Origin: Chrysomallon squamiferum
Lineage: Eukaryota; Animalia; Mollusca
DNA length: 64,000 nt
Reading direction: 5' to 3'
NCBI GenBank assembly: GCA_012295275.1
Contig: CM022669.1
Span: 10,788,001-10,852,000, forward strand
The notes under the pieces are model-generated. The model was not told the DNA's origin. It ran no database searches and was given only the letters and a program-made list of their open reading frames with translations. Positions 1 through 26,368 of this stretch are shown here, in pieces. A program made the position numbers and the translations under genes. Numbering within the stretch: the first letter of the stretch is position 1; each line of letters starts with the position of its first letter.

Positions 1-2248
<2,248 letters not shown>

Positions 2249-3539
2249 TCTGCAGTAAACAACAGCTCGTTGTGTTTCGCCTACAAGTCCTGTTTGTAGA
2301 CTGACTGACTGTAGTATCGACAGAGAGACGGAATTAGATTTCTCGATTTCACGAGGCAGCGGTGCCGCCGAAAGCTGCATAAAAACTGATGAGGTTTTTT
2401 TTTTTTTTCTCTTTTCTTCTCCTGTTTCTTCTTGTTAATGTACTTAACGATAAGAATGCTTTGTGGTATGTGTTTTTAGCTCCTTTTTTATCACTCTGCG
2501 ATTACCTACAACTATGTTACTACAGGTAGCGCCATTGCTGTTATTATATAACCACTAAAACATACACTGCTATTCCCACTGCCACAGCAACAACAACTAA
2601 TACTACAATTACTATTTCTTCTATTGCTACTACTACTACTACTACTACTACTACTATTTCTTCTATTGCTACTGCTACTACTACTACCACTCTTACTACT
2701 TCTGATATTAATGGTACCACTATTGCTAATACTGCAGTTACTACTACTATTACAACTACTACTGCTACTACAACTACTACTACAACTACAACTACTGCTA
2801 TACTACTACCGTTTCTTCCACAGCTGCTACTACAACTAATACTACTACTACAACCACTGCTATTCTACTGCTACTACTACTACTACTACTACTATTACTA
2901 TTACAACTTCTGTTTATCACCTGTGCTGATATTCCTGTTAATACTGCAACTGCTACTACTGCTGCAGTTAATAGTGCCGCAACTACTACCCTTCTCTTGC
3001 TAGTTTTTTGTAGTATGTATTACCTTTACAGTTTTGAGTAAGCGTGGTGATTGTTTGATATATGTATGCGTGCAACGTACGCACTGTGATTGTTTTTTTT
3101 TTTATGTTTATGGACCTGTGTGTATTTCTATGAGAAGAAGTGTATGTTCTTGGTACAGCGTTAACGTGAGATATGACAGGTTCCACCTAATCCCCTGGCT
3201 TATGTTGCAAAACCCGCGATATTTTCTTGTTTATAGAAAAGTGCATAAAACGCGACTACTGCCGTTAAGCAGCAACATGTGTAGTTTATCAGGTATCATC
3301 TAATCAGTCCGAAACGTCATTTGGAAATCAGTTTATGTTCCTGTTAATTTCTAAATACATTTACAATGCAATCATTAGAATACATAGATATATAACTTAC
3401 CTTTAAGAAAAACGCGGACAGAAATTTTCCCGTAATTCTCTGAACGTGTGGAAAAGATGATTTTTTTTTTTGCAAACGTCACTTAATTGTTAGTGACGTC
3501 ATGTCATTGTGGTCTTTAATTATATTATATATGAGCGTC

Positions 3540-3610
<71 letters not shown>

Positions 3611-4820
3611 ACACACAAGCACGCACGCACGCTCGCACACACACACATTATAACCAAACAGATACAATTTGTTTTTAATCAAAATTATTATCAAAGCCAA
3701 TAAGATGTCATATCAAAGATTTCATTCACAAAACAAACCATTGTAATTTTTATTTATTTTTTATTTCGTTTCTGACTTCATCTATCCAGTATCCTATTAA
3801 CGTTACAAGAAACCTTACGGAAATAGGTCCATAATTCAGCACAACAGAATGGAATTCTCTGATATCAAAATGAGAGCCTGCGAATGAATGAATGACCACT
3901 TACTGAATAATATAAATAAAATAAAATAAAATAAAATAAATAAATAAGTAAATTAGTATTATAAATAAATAAATAACAAAACAAACAAACAAACAGAGAA
4001 ACAAACAAACCCAGTTCTTCCTCTGCCTTCGCTCTCAGTTCCTTGAATGCTATCAGTAAAACCGAAAATGGCCGAATCAAACCGAAAACTGCCGAATCCA
4101 ACAGAAACGACTATTATTGCACAGCCTTATATTTATTTATAATATATAATTATGAGTGTATATACACATAGAGACAAACACACACACACACATACATACG
4201 TATATATTGTACATTTATTTATCTGAATTTTGCTTGTCGAATGACAGCTGTTCAGCAAATGTAACTATCCAAAATTCTTAAATGTGTAAATCTTGTAATT
4301 ATTATAGAAGGAGAAACTCACTGACTGTCATGTTGTTTACCTGTCTGTCTGTTTGTCTGTCTCTATATCTTCGTGTGTTCCTCCCTACTCTCTAATTTCT
4401 ACATCTCTCTACCTGTTTGTCAGTCTAACATCAGACCACGATATTTTGTTTCAGTTATTCGACTTTAAATCCATTAAACCACCCAGACAACCTACGTAGC
4501 CCAGAAGTTCTTTTATACAACATGCCGACTAAAACAGAAACAGATTTATGTAATTTTGTACAATGGCTTAAAGCTGTCCCTGTTCAGGTTACATTTTAAA
4601 TACGATTAAATATCATAAATGAATGTTAACTGCAATGATAATTAACCTCAGTTGGAGAAAACAGCCATACTAATTATATTTTGTCTTTTCATTTCTGGAA
4701 TTCTTTTCTTCAGTGGACTTTCTGAATTAGTAACCACCTCACAATCTGACAGCAAAATCACTGATATTCTAAGATGTCAAAGAAGCAGAGCTACAGAAAA
4801 AGAGAACAATCATCTACACA

Positions 4821-4944
<124 letters not shown>

Positions 4945-5583
4945 AGTTACTCAACATACCTCTAAAGCAATTTTCCGGCTAAATGACCTGCATTGTTATT
5001 TAAAGACATTAAAACAGATTATCAGTTGATATGAACAACTCGTACTGGCATATTAAAATAATTATTTACTAAAAAAAAAAAAAAAAAAAAATGTCATTTT
5101 CTGGGGCCTATAAATATCTGCCTTGTAACCAAAATGGATAACCATAAGAATTAATCAAAAATAGTCTTCTTCTATTTCTAATATATTTACAAACAGACCA
5201 GACGTTTCAAAATAAACACAAAATACAAGATCTACTAAAGAGCTAAAATCATTCAAGAATGCTTTAATGCGCACAACAAATTACTTAATTACTGTCATCT
5301 AATGCATACGAAGGTCGTAAAGAAACTGTGTCGTCGCGATTTCTCACACCTACGTCGCCAACGCAGTTTCTTTTCGCTGTCAGCAATAGTTTATTTTCCC
5401 ATCCATTTTCTCTTTTTCCCCCTTTTGTTCAAAATTACAGATTTATATTACGTAGTCGTTTTTGTTCTTAATGGCAAATGTATTGCACAAAGAAACGCAC
5501 CACAAACACACACACACATACACACACACGCACGCACGCACGACGCACACACACACACAAGGAAATACAGATAAATAATTACA

Positions 5584-5731
5584 TATGATATAAATTAAGG
5601 GACCACGAAAAATGTTCTGATTTGAACGAATTCAGGTTTTAATGGGTTTTACACACTCGCATACACACACACACACGCACACGCACAGGCACACACAGAG
5701 ATATATACATGGTCCCTTAAATTATGTCATA
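5584..5731. repeat. Pair of ~22-bp inverted repeats (possible DNA-transposon TIR remnants) around a CA microsatellite
   Basis: tatgatataaattaagggacca (5584-5605) versus the reverse complement of tggtcccttaaattatgtcata (5710-5731); 2 mismatches. Confidence 0.55.
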
Positions 5732-6224
5732 CATGCGTTTATGTATTTAAATGTATGCGTAACATAATCTTTGATGTATCAGCGGTGTAGAACTGGTTCG
5801 GGAAAAAGGCTGACTATATAATCAGATCCACCGAAATGGTTTGATCCCGCGAACAAAGCCCAGTGGACAGTCCAGTATATCAAAATGGGTAGCCATGTCT
5901 GTCCTTATGTGTTAAATTTTATTGCAGTATTGATACCAAGTTTTATTTCAGTACTTGGGTTGTTTTTATTTTTGTTTTTTGTGTATATTTCTTTTTATTT
6001 GTTTTTCTGGCGGGTTCTTTGTGTTTTGAGGGGTTTGGGGGTTTTAGGGGGGAGTTATGTTACCATTTTTTTTTTTTTTTTTTTATATATATATATTTCT
6101 TTATTATTATTATTAAAATAATTGGTACTTACTACAAAAGGCATTTAATACATTTATTAAGAATTACTAGCAATATTCCGACAAGTCATTGGCAGAGTGA
6201 GATTTTTCTTGCAGACAAAAGTAA

Positions 6225-6300
6225 TCGATTTACCATTAACAAGCACTGGATGGGACGGGGAAATGTCCCAGGGTTCGCCAAGAAGGTTCGATCCTACACT
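6225..6300 (-). mobile_element. Degenerate SINE fragment (tRNA-head-proximal part)
   Basis: gcactggatgggacggggaaatgtcccagggttcgccaagaaggttcgatcct resembles 5788-5850 (actggttcgggaaaaag...ggtttgatccc) and the end of the 43500-43750 copy (cactggaactgaaaatagc). Confidence 0.4.
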
Positions 6301-6650
6301 AACCCGTATGACTATAATTAAACAAACTGAATTGCGTCGAAAAGAACATTTCTTTCTTTCTTATTAAAACAAAAACCAAAAGTTGGAAATACGTTAAATA
6401 TGGACTAATATAATCATTAGAACAAAAGGGTCTTCTATATTCTAGTTCTCAAAACAAATATATATATATATATATATACTAACTCTGCTCAGTTGGTCAT
6501 CCTAACTCAGGAGATAATCGTGAGCTAACTGTAGCCTCTTTTTGAAATAGCGTCTCTTAGATGTAAACACAGAGCGGGATCTACGGAAGCCGCTGAAATG
6601 ATTAGTGATACCTTTCCAGGTGATAATGAGTCATTCTTTTAAAAAATACA

Positions 6651-6852
6651 AAAACACCGTCATTATTATTAATTAAAACATAAGATCTGTATAATTTATT
6701 ATGCCACAAAAAAATACATACAACCAGAGGCGGGTCTAGTTTGAAAATGAAGCTTAAAATCGAAAAATACCGTCATTATCATTAATGAAACCATAAGATC
6801 TGTGTAACTTTGCCAAAAAAAGTACATACAAAAGGCGGGTCTAGTTTGAAAC
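6651..6852. repeat. Tandem duplication, ~112-bp unit x2
   Basis: accgtcattat...cataagatctgt...gccA-tract...catac...aggcgggtctagtttgaaa occurs twice in succession. Confidence 0.8.
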
Positions 6853-7385
6853 TAATGACGTTTTTCAGGGTCCAAATCCAGGGGGCCGACTTTGTACAAA
6901 ATTTTTACAAACATTTATGGTAATTTGTCATGGAACAAGCCTTTTGAAGAAGAAAACAGTACTCTCATGACAGTTCAACCTTCAAGGCCCAAAATTATAG
7001 GTCCTCTACTGCATATAACTGTAAGTGAATTATGTAACTTTATTTACCATGTACGTGTTTTCGTTAACTATCTGTCCATGTACGCAGTATTGTATATCTT
7101 AATTCAGAATACATGAAAAAAAAAAAAAAAAAATGTATCTCATTATAAATACTGATTACAAAAATAAATATGATACCCATAATCTATAAATATATACGGT
7201 TTATTAGGCTCAGTTTTAATTTAAAGAGATTTATGTTTATGTATATATGTAAAAGAGACAGATCTTATTGCATTATTCGGTATAAAAATATGTTTTCTAA
7301 AAAATGGCATGAAAGATATACGCTATAAAAATGTATATGTATGTACGTACATGTATGTATGTATGTATGTATGTATGTATGTTTG

Positions 7386-7417
<32 letters not shown>

Positions 7418-8090
7418 TGTTTGTATATGTATGTATGTATGTATATGTTATCTGTATATGTGTATGAAACATTTCATAGGCACTAAATAAGAAAAATCGT
7501 AGGAATAAATCAGGAATCAGGAATAAATCCGTTTTTTAATGCACTAGTTTTTATTAATTAATTTTATCCATTACATGTACGTACGTATGCATGTATGTAT
7601 GTATGTATGTATATATGTATATGTTTATATGTGTGTGTATGTATGTATGCATGTACGTACGTACGCATGTATGTATGTATATGTTTATGTATGTGTGTGT
7701 GTATGAATGCATGTATGTATGTACTAAGAAATGAATATTCTGTTGTCTTTCATTCAGTATCTGACTTAGAGTACACAGACAGTATTAAGGAAACACTCTG
7801 GCACAGGACGACGGAGATAAACGTTTATGTGAGAATATTATTAGTGTGAAATACCTAATATGTTGTATCACTGAGAACAGTTGTAGGATAAAGCTGGGTA
7901 AAAAGGCCATCTCGCCCCTTTAAAGAAAATATTAAGTATTTCATACAACATTTAACAAGTTTGCACCATTTTGAGAAATAAGTAATAATTTATGCATAGA
8001 GGAATAGAATTTGTGTATTTTTGATATTAAAACCGTATAATAAAACACTCATGTTTATTAAAGAATAATATACTGTAATGTTGTAATCAG

Positions 8091-9540
8091 TTTTGATTAG
8101 GTGGTTTTAAATTTGTTTAAATGACAGGATTAGACAGTTTGTGATGATAACACGGTATATATTTTACCAAATTTAATAATTATAATAATAATAATGAATA
8201 ATATAATAAGTATTAGTTCATAAAAAAAAAAAAAAAAAATAAATAAATAAATAAATAAATAAAAAATTTAAAAATATCTATAATCTATAACGACATTTTT
8301 ATGTAAATTATGTTCACATTCTGTCATAAATGAAAACAAGTTATCAAAAATAAAATATTCTCAGAATTTGTCAAAAACAGGAAATTAAATAAAATACTTA
8401 CATGTGTTAGAGATGAATCTTCGGGGTGTAGGAGGATATACCTGTGACGTCAGTCAAAGTTCACGATGTACCTTTGTTTCAGTACACATACATTTTTTTG
8501 CTACACGATCAGGGGGCCTTTTACCCCAGCGGAGCCTTTTACCCAACTCTACCCTATTATGCAACAGTAAGTTTCACACTGTAGAAAATTATTATTGTAA
8601 CTTTCGTATGTTACCTTGAAGTATTATGAAATATTGCTTCAAAATTGTATTCTCATTATTAGTAGTAGTAGTATATACATATAGGATCACACACACACAC
8701 GCACGCACACACACACACACACACACACACATACATACATACATAATATATAGTATACAAGTAAATGAAATATATAGTACATACTTTCCTATCTCCAACA
8801 AAGTCTTAATGAAAGGATTTGGTTGCTAACCGAAATTGTATTTATTTATTTATTTATTTATTTATATTTGTTGTTGAAACTGTTAATGTTGTCGTTGTTT
8901 GCTGACCCTGTTGTTACATATCGTATTCTCGTACGAAAAAACATGTTGTAACACAGAAAAAATGATTTGGTTTCACACAAACACCCCATGCAATATCGTT
9001 ATGGTAACATCTAAATATAGATTTGCAAAGGGAAGTAACATTCAGAAATCAGTTTCAAAATGGCAGAAAGACCAGAACATGATCCTCCTTCAGGAATGGA
9101 ACCTTATGACATAGGTGACACAGGGGAACTGGGTGCACTAAGTGACGCTCAACAACAGAAACTTAACAAGTTCAAGGTATACATATATCCGATTGATGAT
9201 AAAAGAAATTATTGTATTATACTACCGTATAATGTATTTTCGTGATGCTCCACCTTTCCGTTTTCGTTTTATACCTGTTTGTATATATTTAGGTTTGTTT
9301 TATTTGGGTTTTTGTTGGCTTTTTAAATTTGAATATATAACCAAATATATATATATAGTAAATCATTTTAATAATACATAGACATATGTTTAGTAATTTA
9401 CAAGAAATTTCTTTAATTAATTTTGATTAGATGGTTTTAAATTTGTTTAAATGACCGGATTAGACAGTTGTGATCATAACACGGTATATATTATTACCAA
9501 ATTTTAATAATAATAATAATAATAATGTACAAAGTATTAG
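8091..9540 (+). repeat. Dispersed direct repeat (~125 bp; 8091-8217 and 9421-9540) flanking the RIIAD1 promoter and exon 1
   Basis: ttttgattag(g/a)tggttttaaatttgtttaaatgac(a/c)ggattagacagtt...tgat(g/c)ataacacggtatata...aagtattag is present in both copies. Confidence 0.85.
8995..9008 (+). promoter_or_regulatory. RFX X-box, about 50 bp upstream of the RIIAD1 ATG
   Basis: ATCGTTATGGTAAC matches the X-box consensus RTHNYY-WT-RRNRAC at every position; RIIAD1 is a ciliary gene. A CRE palindrome TGACGTCA lies at 8445-8452. Confidence 0.7.
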
Positions 9541-12167
9541 TGTTGTTGGTTTTTTAAGAAAAACGGTAATGGTTAAATTGAAATTGAAGTAGTTATAATA
9601 ACAGTTGTATATAAATTATGTTCATATACATACTGCAGACAGAGGAGAGGGTAGGGTGACTTGTATAAACCATAATTAGTTTCAACAATTTGGTGATTTG
9701 TGATTAATTTAATTAATATACATCTAAAAGATAAGAGGGATGTGATTAACTCATAGATTTATTTTTAAAATGTTCTGACATTTATATAAAACCATTTGGT
9801 TTAGACATTCAGAATGCATGAATATTAACTTGAAGATTTTCCAAAGTTAAATAAAACAATTATAACATAATGGGATCTGTATATGTGTATAAAGTATAAT
9901 TCACAGAATAAAATACAAAACTTAATAAGGTAATTTAAATAAGAAAGAAAATTGTCATTGTCACTTATTTCCCTGTTTAAAAATTTCTTAATACAAACAA
10001 GAATGCAAAACAAAATTCACAGAATAAAATTTAAAACTTAATAACTTAATTTAAATAAGAAAAAATAAAAAATGTTATTATCATTTATTTCCCTGTTTAA
10101 AAATTTCCAGATTCAGACAAGAATGCAAAATGAAATTTATCTGCGAGATCATCCAGAAGTAGAATGCCTGCTTGCAAGTTTCCTCAGGTGTGTGTTTCAC
10201 TTTTTAATCACATCTGTGATCTTTAACATCCTAGCCATTATTAGAAAACAGTGATAGGTCTCAGGATCAACACTGCACTGTTCATCTTACAGATAGAGCC
10301 TCATGATTGATTATTCTAAGACAAAGATATGTGTTTTCCTGCTTAAGGGAATGCTAAATTTGATTCCATTCTCCTAAATGATGATCACTCTCTCATTTTC
10401 TCATTTAGTATCCATATATATTTTGTTGTAAGATTCAAAATATGCTGTTCAATTATTTCTTCATGTATTCACTTCATGAAAAAATTGCAATTTGTAATTT
10501 AAATTAAGGCATGTAACTGATATCTTGTAATGAATATTTATCTTCTTTTTTTTTAATCTTTTTTTTTTTTTTTTTTAGAATATGCAATATCTTTAAATAA
10601 AATTAAAATCATTTAGTGTGTATGTATGTGTGTATGTGTTATTTATACTGTTTCATATATTCAGTATCAGTGCAGTTATTCATATCCACTGAAATAGTTC
10701 ACTTAAATGTTAAATTATGCCCCAGGTTTTATTTCTATTTGATAATAATTTTCTAAATATTGTTTCATCTTTCAGTGATGTTCTGATTAAAAGACCAGAC
10801 AATATCAGAGAATTTGCATCTGGTAACATTTTATTTATTTATTTATATATTTATTTATTTATTTCTTTGTTTGAATTATTTTATAACTTTAAATTTATGC
10901 ACTTTTACAGAAATTACTGATATTTACGTAATTTACTTGCCAAATGCTAATATATGAAAAAGAAATTTTTTAAGGTGTTAAAGTTTCAATGTGCTTATTA
11001 AGTTCTTAATTGTTTTGATGTTAAGAATATTTCTAAATGTTCATGGCACAGTAAAAAAAGAATAGTATATCTAGTATTATTAAGATTTATAAACACAACA
11101 CAAATCCCTGGTTATCATTTTAACAACCAGCTTAATTTTTATAGTGTGGCAGTCTATAAAAACACAGCTCGTATTTTGACTAAATTGCTTTCAAATTAAC
11201 TAATTTTAATTAATATTTCCAATTATTGTTTCAAAAAGAAACTTCATGAACAAAAAAACAAATAATACCTATAAATTTAATTGAAATGATTTCTTTTATT
11301 ATAATAATTAATTTATAAAACCTTTGTTAATTATTGTAATATTTAAGTATGAACTGTTTTATAATGTTGCTGTTCATGTAAAAAAAATACATACTTGGAG
11401 TTATTTCTGTTGTTTACTTTTTATTTACTTTTTAAATTTTTTGTTTACTTTAAATGTTAAGTTTCAAAATAGTAATCTAATATGATTTTAACCAGTCAGT
11501 ATAATTCATTTTCAAACTAAATATTATATGAGCAGTGATATCATATCAGGTATGTTTTGGGGTTACATATATCATCATATGGTTAAATATTGTTGTGCAT
11601 AAATAGGTCTGTTTGTGTTCACATCTATATTGTGGTCATGTTGTTTTCAGAATTTTTAATTTGAAAAGTAATTAACAGGTACTCATTTTATATGGCGATT
11701 TGCTTTTATATTTTGATTACTATTATTTAAAATACTATTTCATAACTAGCTAAAAGTGGTACAAGTAATAACAGTACAAGAAAATACGGCATAAATTAAT
11801 AAACAGTCCTCAGATAGTTTGAGAAAATCTGTTCCAAGTAAAAGGGTGATATATTTAACATGATTAAGGATAATATTCAGAATTTCTTGCTGTCAAAAAT
11901 ATCTATCACAAAATAACCTAATTATGTTTAAGAACTGTGGAACAATCTCTGAAATTTGCTTAGTGTGTCAGTATTTGTGTGGGTGTGGGTGTGTGTGTGT
12001 TTGTATGAGTATATGTGTGTGTGTCTATATGCACATACTTTTATTTTATTTTATTTTATTTTTTTGTAGATTTCTTCACCAATCCAGGGCTTCCTGCCAC
12101 AGTTCAGAAACAGCTGGAAGTAAGACAAGACAAGATTAAACAAAATAAAATATTAAAAACTCTCTGA
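9060..12167 (+). CDS. RIIAD1: RIIa domain-containing protein 1 (112 aa, 4 exons)
   Basis: Exons 9060-9176, 10111-10187, 10776-10822, 12070-12167; all GT-AG, 339 nt. Protein: MAERPEHDPPSGMEPYDIGDTGELGALSDAQQQKLNKFKIQTRMQNEIYLRDHPEVECLLASFLSDVLIKRPDNIREFASDFFTNPGLPATVQKQLEVRQDKIKQNKILKTL, with the RIIa docking/dimerisation pattern (YLRxHPEV...FL..VL..RP.NIREFA..F). Confidence 0.92.
9899..10135 (+). repeat. ~120-bp tandem duplication spanning the RIIAD1 intron 1 acceptor and start of exon 2
   Basis: tatttccctgtttaaaaatttcTTAatacaaacaagaatgcaaaa (about 9966-10010) versus the real tatttccctgtttaaaaatttcCAG|attcagacaagaatgcaaaa (about 10086-10130). Confidence 0.85.
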
Positions 12168-12996
12168 AACATTATACCACCAACAAGTATTATCTCTCCT
12201 GTTCTTTGCATATTTATGTACGGTAATGTATATATGTACTTTGTGTTGATGTGTTATATTTACCTTAATTTTTAAAACACTATAAATATTTCTTTTGATG
12301 TTTGAAATTTATGAAAATATGGAAATAAAAATGATACATATAATGTACATACTGAAAAAAATTATTTATAAGTACAGTTTAAACTTGTTTATGTCTTAAA
12401 GAACCAATTTAATATTTATTAATCGACATACATTATTTGAAGTGACAAATCTATTATTTTACAAAAATATTTCTGTTCCTGAATTCATAAATGGTCCAAG
12501 AATATTATTTATTTTTCATTCAAATCTACCTTAACTATAATTAATTAAATAAATATAATGATTTATCATCTTTGCTATATGCAGTACAAGAAATAAAATT
12601 TCCTCAGCATTGCTTAAAAAATAGAGGTTTAATTTTGCTCTTTAAGTCTGTTTATTTTTTAAAAACATATTAAAGTACATAACCAAATAATTTTAAATTG
12701 TTACGGATATTATTTTGGTACATCTTAATAAATAGGTGAATAAACCTGCAGACAGCTTTATGTTGTTTCTTTGTATTTGTTCAACATTCAAAAGATACAC
12801 ATTTGTAAATGTTTATGATATACGAAAAGTATAGACATGAGAAATAAAAAACTGTTGAAAGCTGTTGTCATTTATGCAAAAGCACAGATATACAAAACAA
12901 TGGAATGTAATTTTGTTTTTCGTATTTCATGCTTACAGCTGATCTATAATGTATTTTAATTAATATTTATAATTGTTTCCATTTAGGTCTGTAAAA

Positions 12997-13086
<90 letters not shown>

Positions 13087-15022
13087 AAATAATGACAAAA
13101 TAATGCATATATAGTTTTATTAGGAAAATACAAATTATTGCATTTGTAGAATAGCATAATAACAATAATAATAATAATAATAATAATAGTGGAAATAAAA
13201 TATTTTTTTACATATTTATGCATGTTGTTCTGTTTACCTAGTCTCCACATGCTATGTGCCTGCCAGTGTCGGGCAACTGTGATAAACTTTAAGTGTATTT
13301 TGACATTTTATTTTGTTTCAAAATTTCACTTCTTGCAAAATGTTCTCTTTTTTACGTTGTTATATGCATTTAAAATATATTTTTCACTAGTAGTAAAATG
13401 TCATTGAATTGAAAAAAATATTTTGAATAAACTTTACAGATTCAAATAGTAATAATAATAAACCATTGATTTTATTAATATATTCTAGTACTAAAGTCTG
13501 TGCAAAAATCCATAACAGAGTGAGGCTATAGAAACTATGAATAATGTCAGATTTTATTTTATCTTGTTTCCATGTACAAAATGTAAAAAAAAAAAAAAAA
13601 TTAACGCAGTAATAATAATAACAAATTATTTGCATCAATTATTCTGTTGTTATACTTTATTATTAGCAAACATTCATGGTACTGGATAAAAGGGGTCATT
13701 TCAACTGGTTCAGATATTAGTGTATCTAGTAACAGTGTTGTATTCCAATTAAATGTGCACCATATTTTATTTTATTTTGTCTAAGGTTGTTTAATGTGTA
13801 AAGTATCTTTTCATTGTACATTGCAATGTGTTCTATTTGTCATGTGATATAATTAAATAAATATTTTAATATTATACTGGATTCATGTATTATTATTAAA
13901 ATTTTGATTAATAGTAATGAAGGTTTGTTTACATATACCAAAAAAAAGAAGAAATACTTTTACAATTTTATTAATGTAATGACTGATATGACTTGCAAGT
14001 TTATGTGTTTGTGTGAGATGGTGTGTTTGCATACATACACGAATACATATATACATACCTACATACAGATAGGCATAGACACAAACAATACTCTTAATCT
14101 TGTTAATTCAGATTTTAGTGAATATTTCCTAAATTAGTTATTTTGCTGCTAGTTCAAATATAAAATCAAGTGAAAACTGTTTTCCTTCCCATGGTCTTTT
14201 TCTTACCTATGTAAATTTTATTTATTGTTTGTTTGTTACATTTGTTTGTGGAAGCATCACAATAGAAACATTTAAAAAATAATAATAAAAAAACTAAAAA
14301 AATACTGACAGTATGAATGCAGCTTAAACTCTTTACACTCAGTGCACAATGCTATCAGTTATACAACACAGAAATGTCTTTAATGTTACCAAATAAACAG
14401 TTGACATCTGCATTTTTATTATGCACAGTAACATTTAATACTTCGAGTAGGATTCCTTGCAGTTACTAATCTATGGCGCCGATTTGGTTTTCAAAAGTCT
14501 TCAAATAATTTATTACGTACTATTTTTCCTTTTTTCCTTTCATTTTTCTTTTTACTTTTTTTTTCTTTCTTTTTTTTAAAATTAACCTAAGTATAGCAAA
14601 AATTGGTCAATATTAAATAAAATAAATAACTAGAAACAAACAAATGATGGCATCTTTTTCAATTACGTAATTATTTTAGTAATTAAAAAAAAAAAAAAAA
14701 CAAAGGCAACACTTTTCTTATTTCTTTAATAACAGAAGCCATCAGAGTAAGGCAAACTATTTATAAATAAACACTTACAAATAAATAATATTTCATTACG
14801 ATTATGTTAGCCCATTTCAGAAAGTTTCATCGTGGACATTAAAACTGCTTGTACTGTTTTCTTAATACCGTTAACACGATACAATAAAAAATAAAGTCAA
14901 ATAATTTTATTATTATGTTTAACATGAATATTTCTTGAACAACCGTAAACATTAAGATATGTAGTTATATGTCACTGTTGATGTGGTCTGTCGTAGCTAA
15001 AAATGGCTGAAGGTCAAGGTGA

Positions 15023-24522
<9,500 letters not shown>

Positions 24523-25338
24523 AGTTTTTACACCATCGACAGTCTGAACGTCAGTAGCAGCAACAACAACAACTACAGCGGCTGTAAGAAAATTTTAATT
24601 TCACTTGCCGTGAAAAATAAAAACTTTCCGTCTGAACAAAATAACGCACGTTTCTGCCCTTCAAGTCTACTTCAGAACCAATTAATTTATCACAAGTGTT
24701 TCCTAAAAAGAGAAAATGTTTTCCTTACCTGCTTATAACCGTCTACCTGAGCTGTGGTAAAGAAAATCAAATGACTGTCGACAGCCAAACACTATTGTGA
24801 AAATAAATAAATAAAAAACAGTTTGGTTTATTTCAACTGTTCAAGTAAAGATTATCAAAAAAATAAATTACCTCTCGCCTGAAAGAAATGGGATACGCCT
24901 TTGAGTACATTACTTTCAGCAATGTTTTGCTTTATGTAACCTTTTTTCTTCAAAATTAATATTATGTATGCGTATATGCAATAGAATTGAGAACGTTAGG
25001 CACAAAGGTTTAATAATAAAGGTAAATTTTTTTTTTTCCATATTAAATACACGGATTAAATAAAACATTATAACGAATTCCGTGACAGAAATTTTTGTTT
25101 CTGTCAGTTTAATCATTTTTTCTTTCTTTTCTTCTTACGTTTTTTTTTTGCTCTGAATCTATTCATTGTATGCATATGCATGTGTGTCTATTATATATAT
25201 ATATATCATTTAATATGATCGAATTCAGAAAACATGTCTAGACTGTTTTGCATTTAATATTAATACCCTATTTTAATTATTATTACACTGCATTACTTTG
25301 TAAAATTAAATTTAAAAATGTTTAAATATATGAAACAT

Positions 25339-25460
<122 letters not shown>

Positions 25461-26333
25461 TACGTTAACGTAATGTTTGCAAGAATCAGTTCTGATCTTA
25501 TCGCTTGGATAACTTAATGTGTGTACAGAATTCAAATCGGCATTTATCTATATCGGATTTCTCAGTGAACGGTGCTTACAAACTATCGTTAAAACTTTAT
25601 TAATCAGATTCTGCTGTGGTTTGGATTCTAATTCTGGCAATAAATCTAAGATTAAAAAGTTTTGTGGTATTTAACTTACTTGGATTTGTTATCTGGTAAA
25701 TTTAGCACCTAATTCAATACTGCTACTACTACTTTTACTACTACTACTATTACAACTACTACTACTTATTATTATTATTATTATAAAAATGGATATGGTG
25801 TTTATGTTTTGTATTGAATTTAATATCACTCAGATTGAAATAGTAAATAGTAATTTTAAATAACTGAATGACGGTGTTATAAAAAACCAGTGACGACGTC
25901 TTAATTACCAAATGTATCTATTCTTTTCGTATCTAAAGATGACTGTCAACTAAAAATACAAAAATTTCAGCTCTCACTGGTGATATTTAATCAAAAAGAA
26001 TATTACTTTTTTGAAGTAAAATCTGAAAATTTACTTTTTTATTTTCCAATTACAGATTTCTGGAATCCTGAGAATTAAGTCCATTTCTTATTATCAGTTT
26101 GATAAAATACAACACATATATTTTGTTTTTACCAGCTAAATGAGGTTTAGACCCAAGAACTAAGTCTTATTTTATTTTAAAACAATTTAAGATGTCTCAT
26201 TACTGTGGTAGAAATGTAGTGAAAAAATTTAAATAAACATTAAATTTATTTCAAAACTGTTTTATTGCACGTTTGATGTGTCCCACGATTGTTTGGTGAC
26301 AGTGATTTATTACAAATGTTCATGAATCTTTTA

Positions 26334-26368
<35 letters not shown>

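Noticed and set aside
2249-2380. N-terminal extension of the beta-lactamase ORF from ATG 2380
   Set aside because: ATG 2248 directly precedes the signal-peptide-like segment; the extension is more likely 5' UTR.
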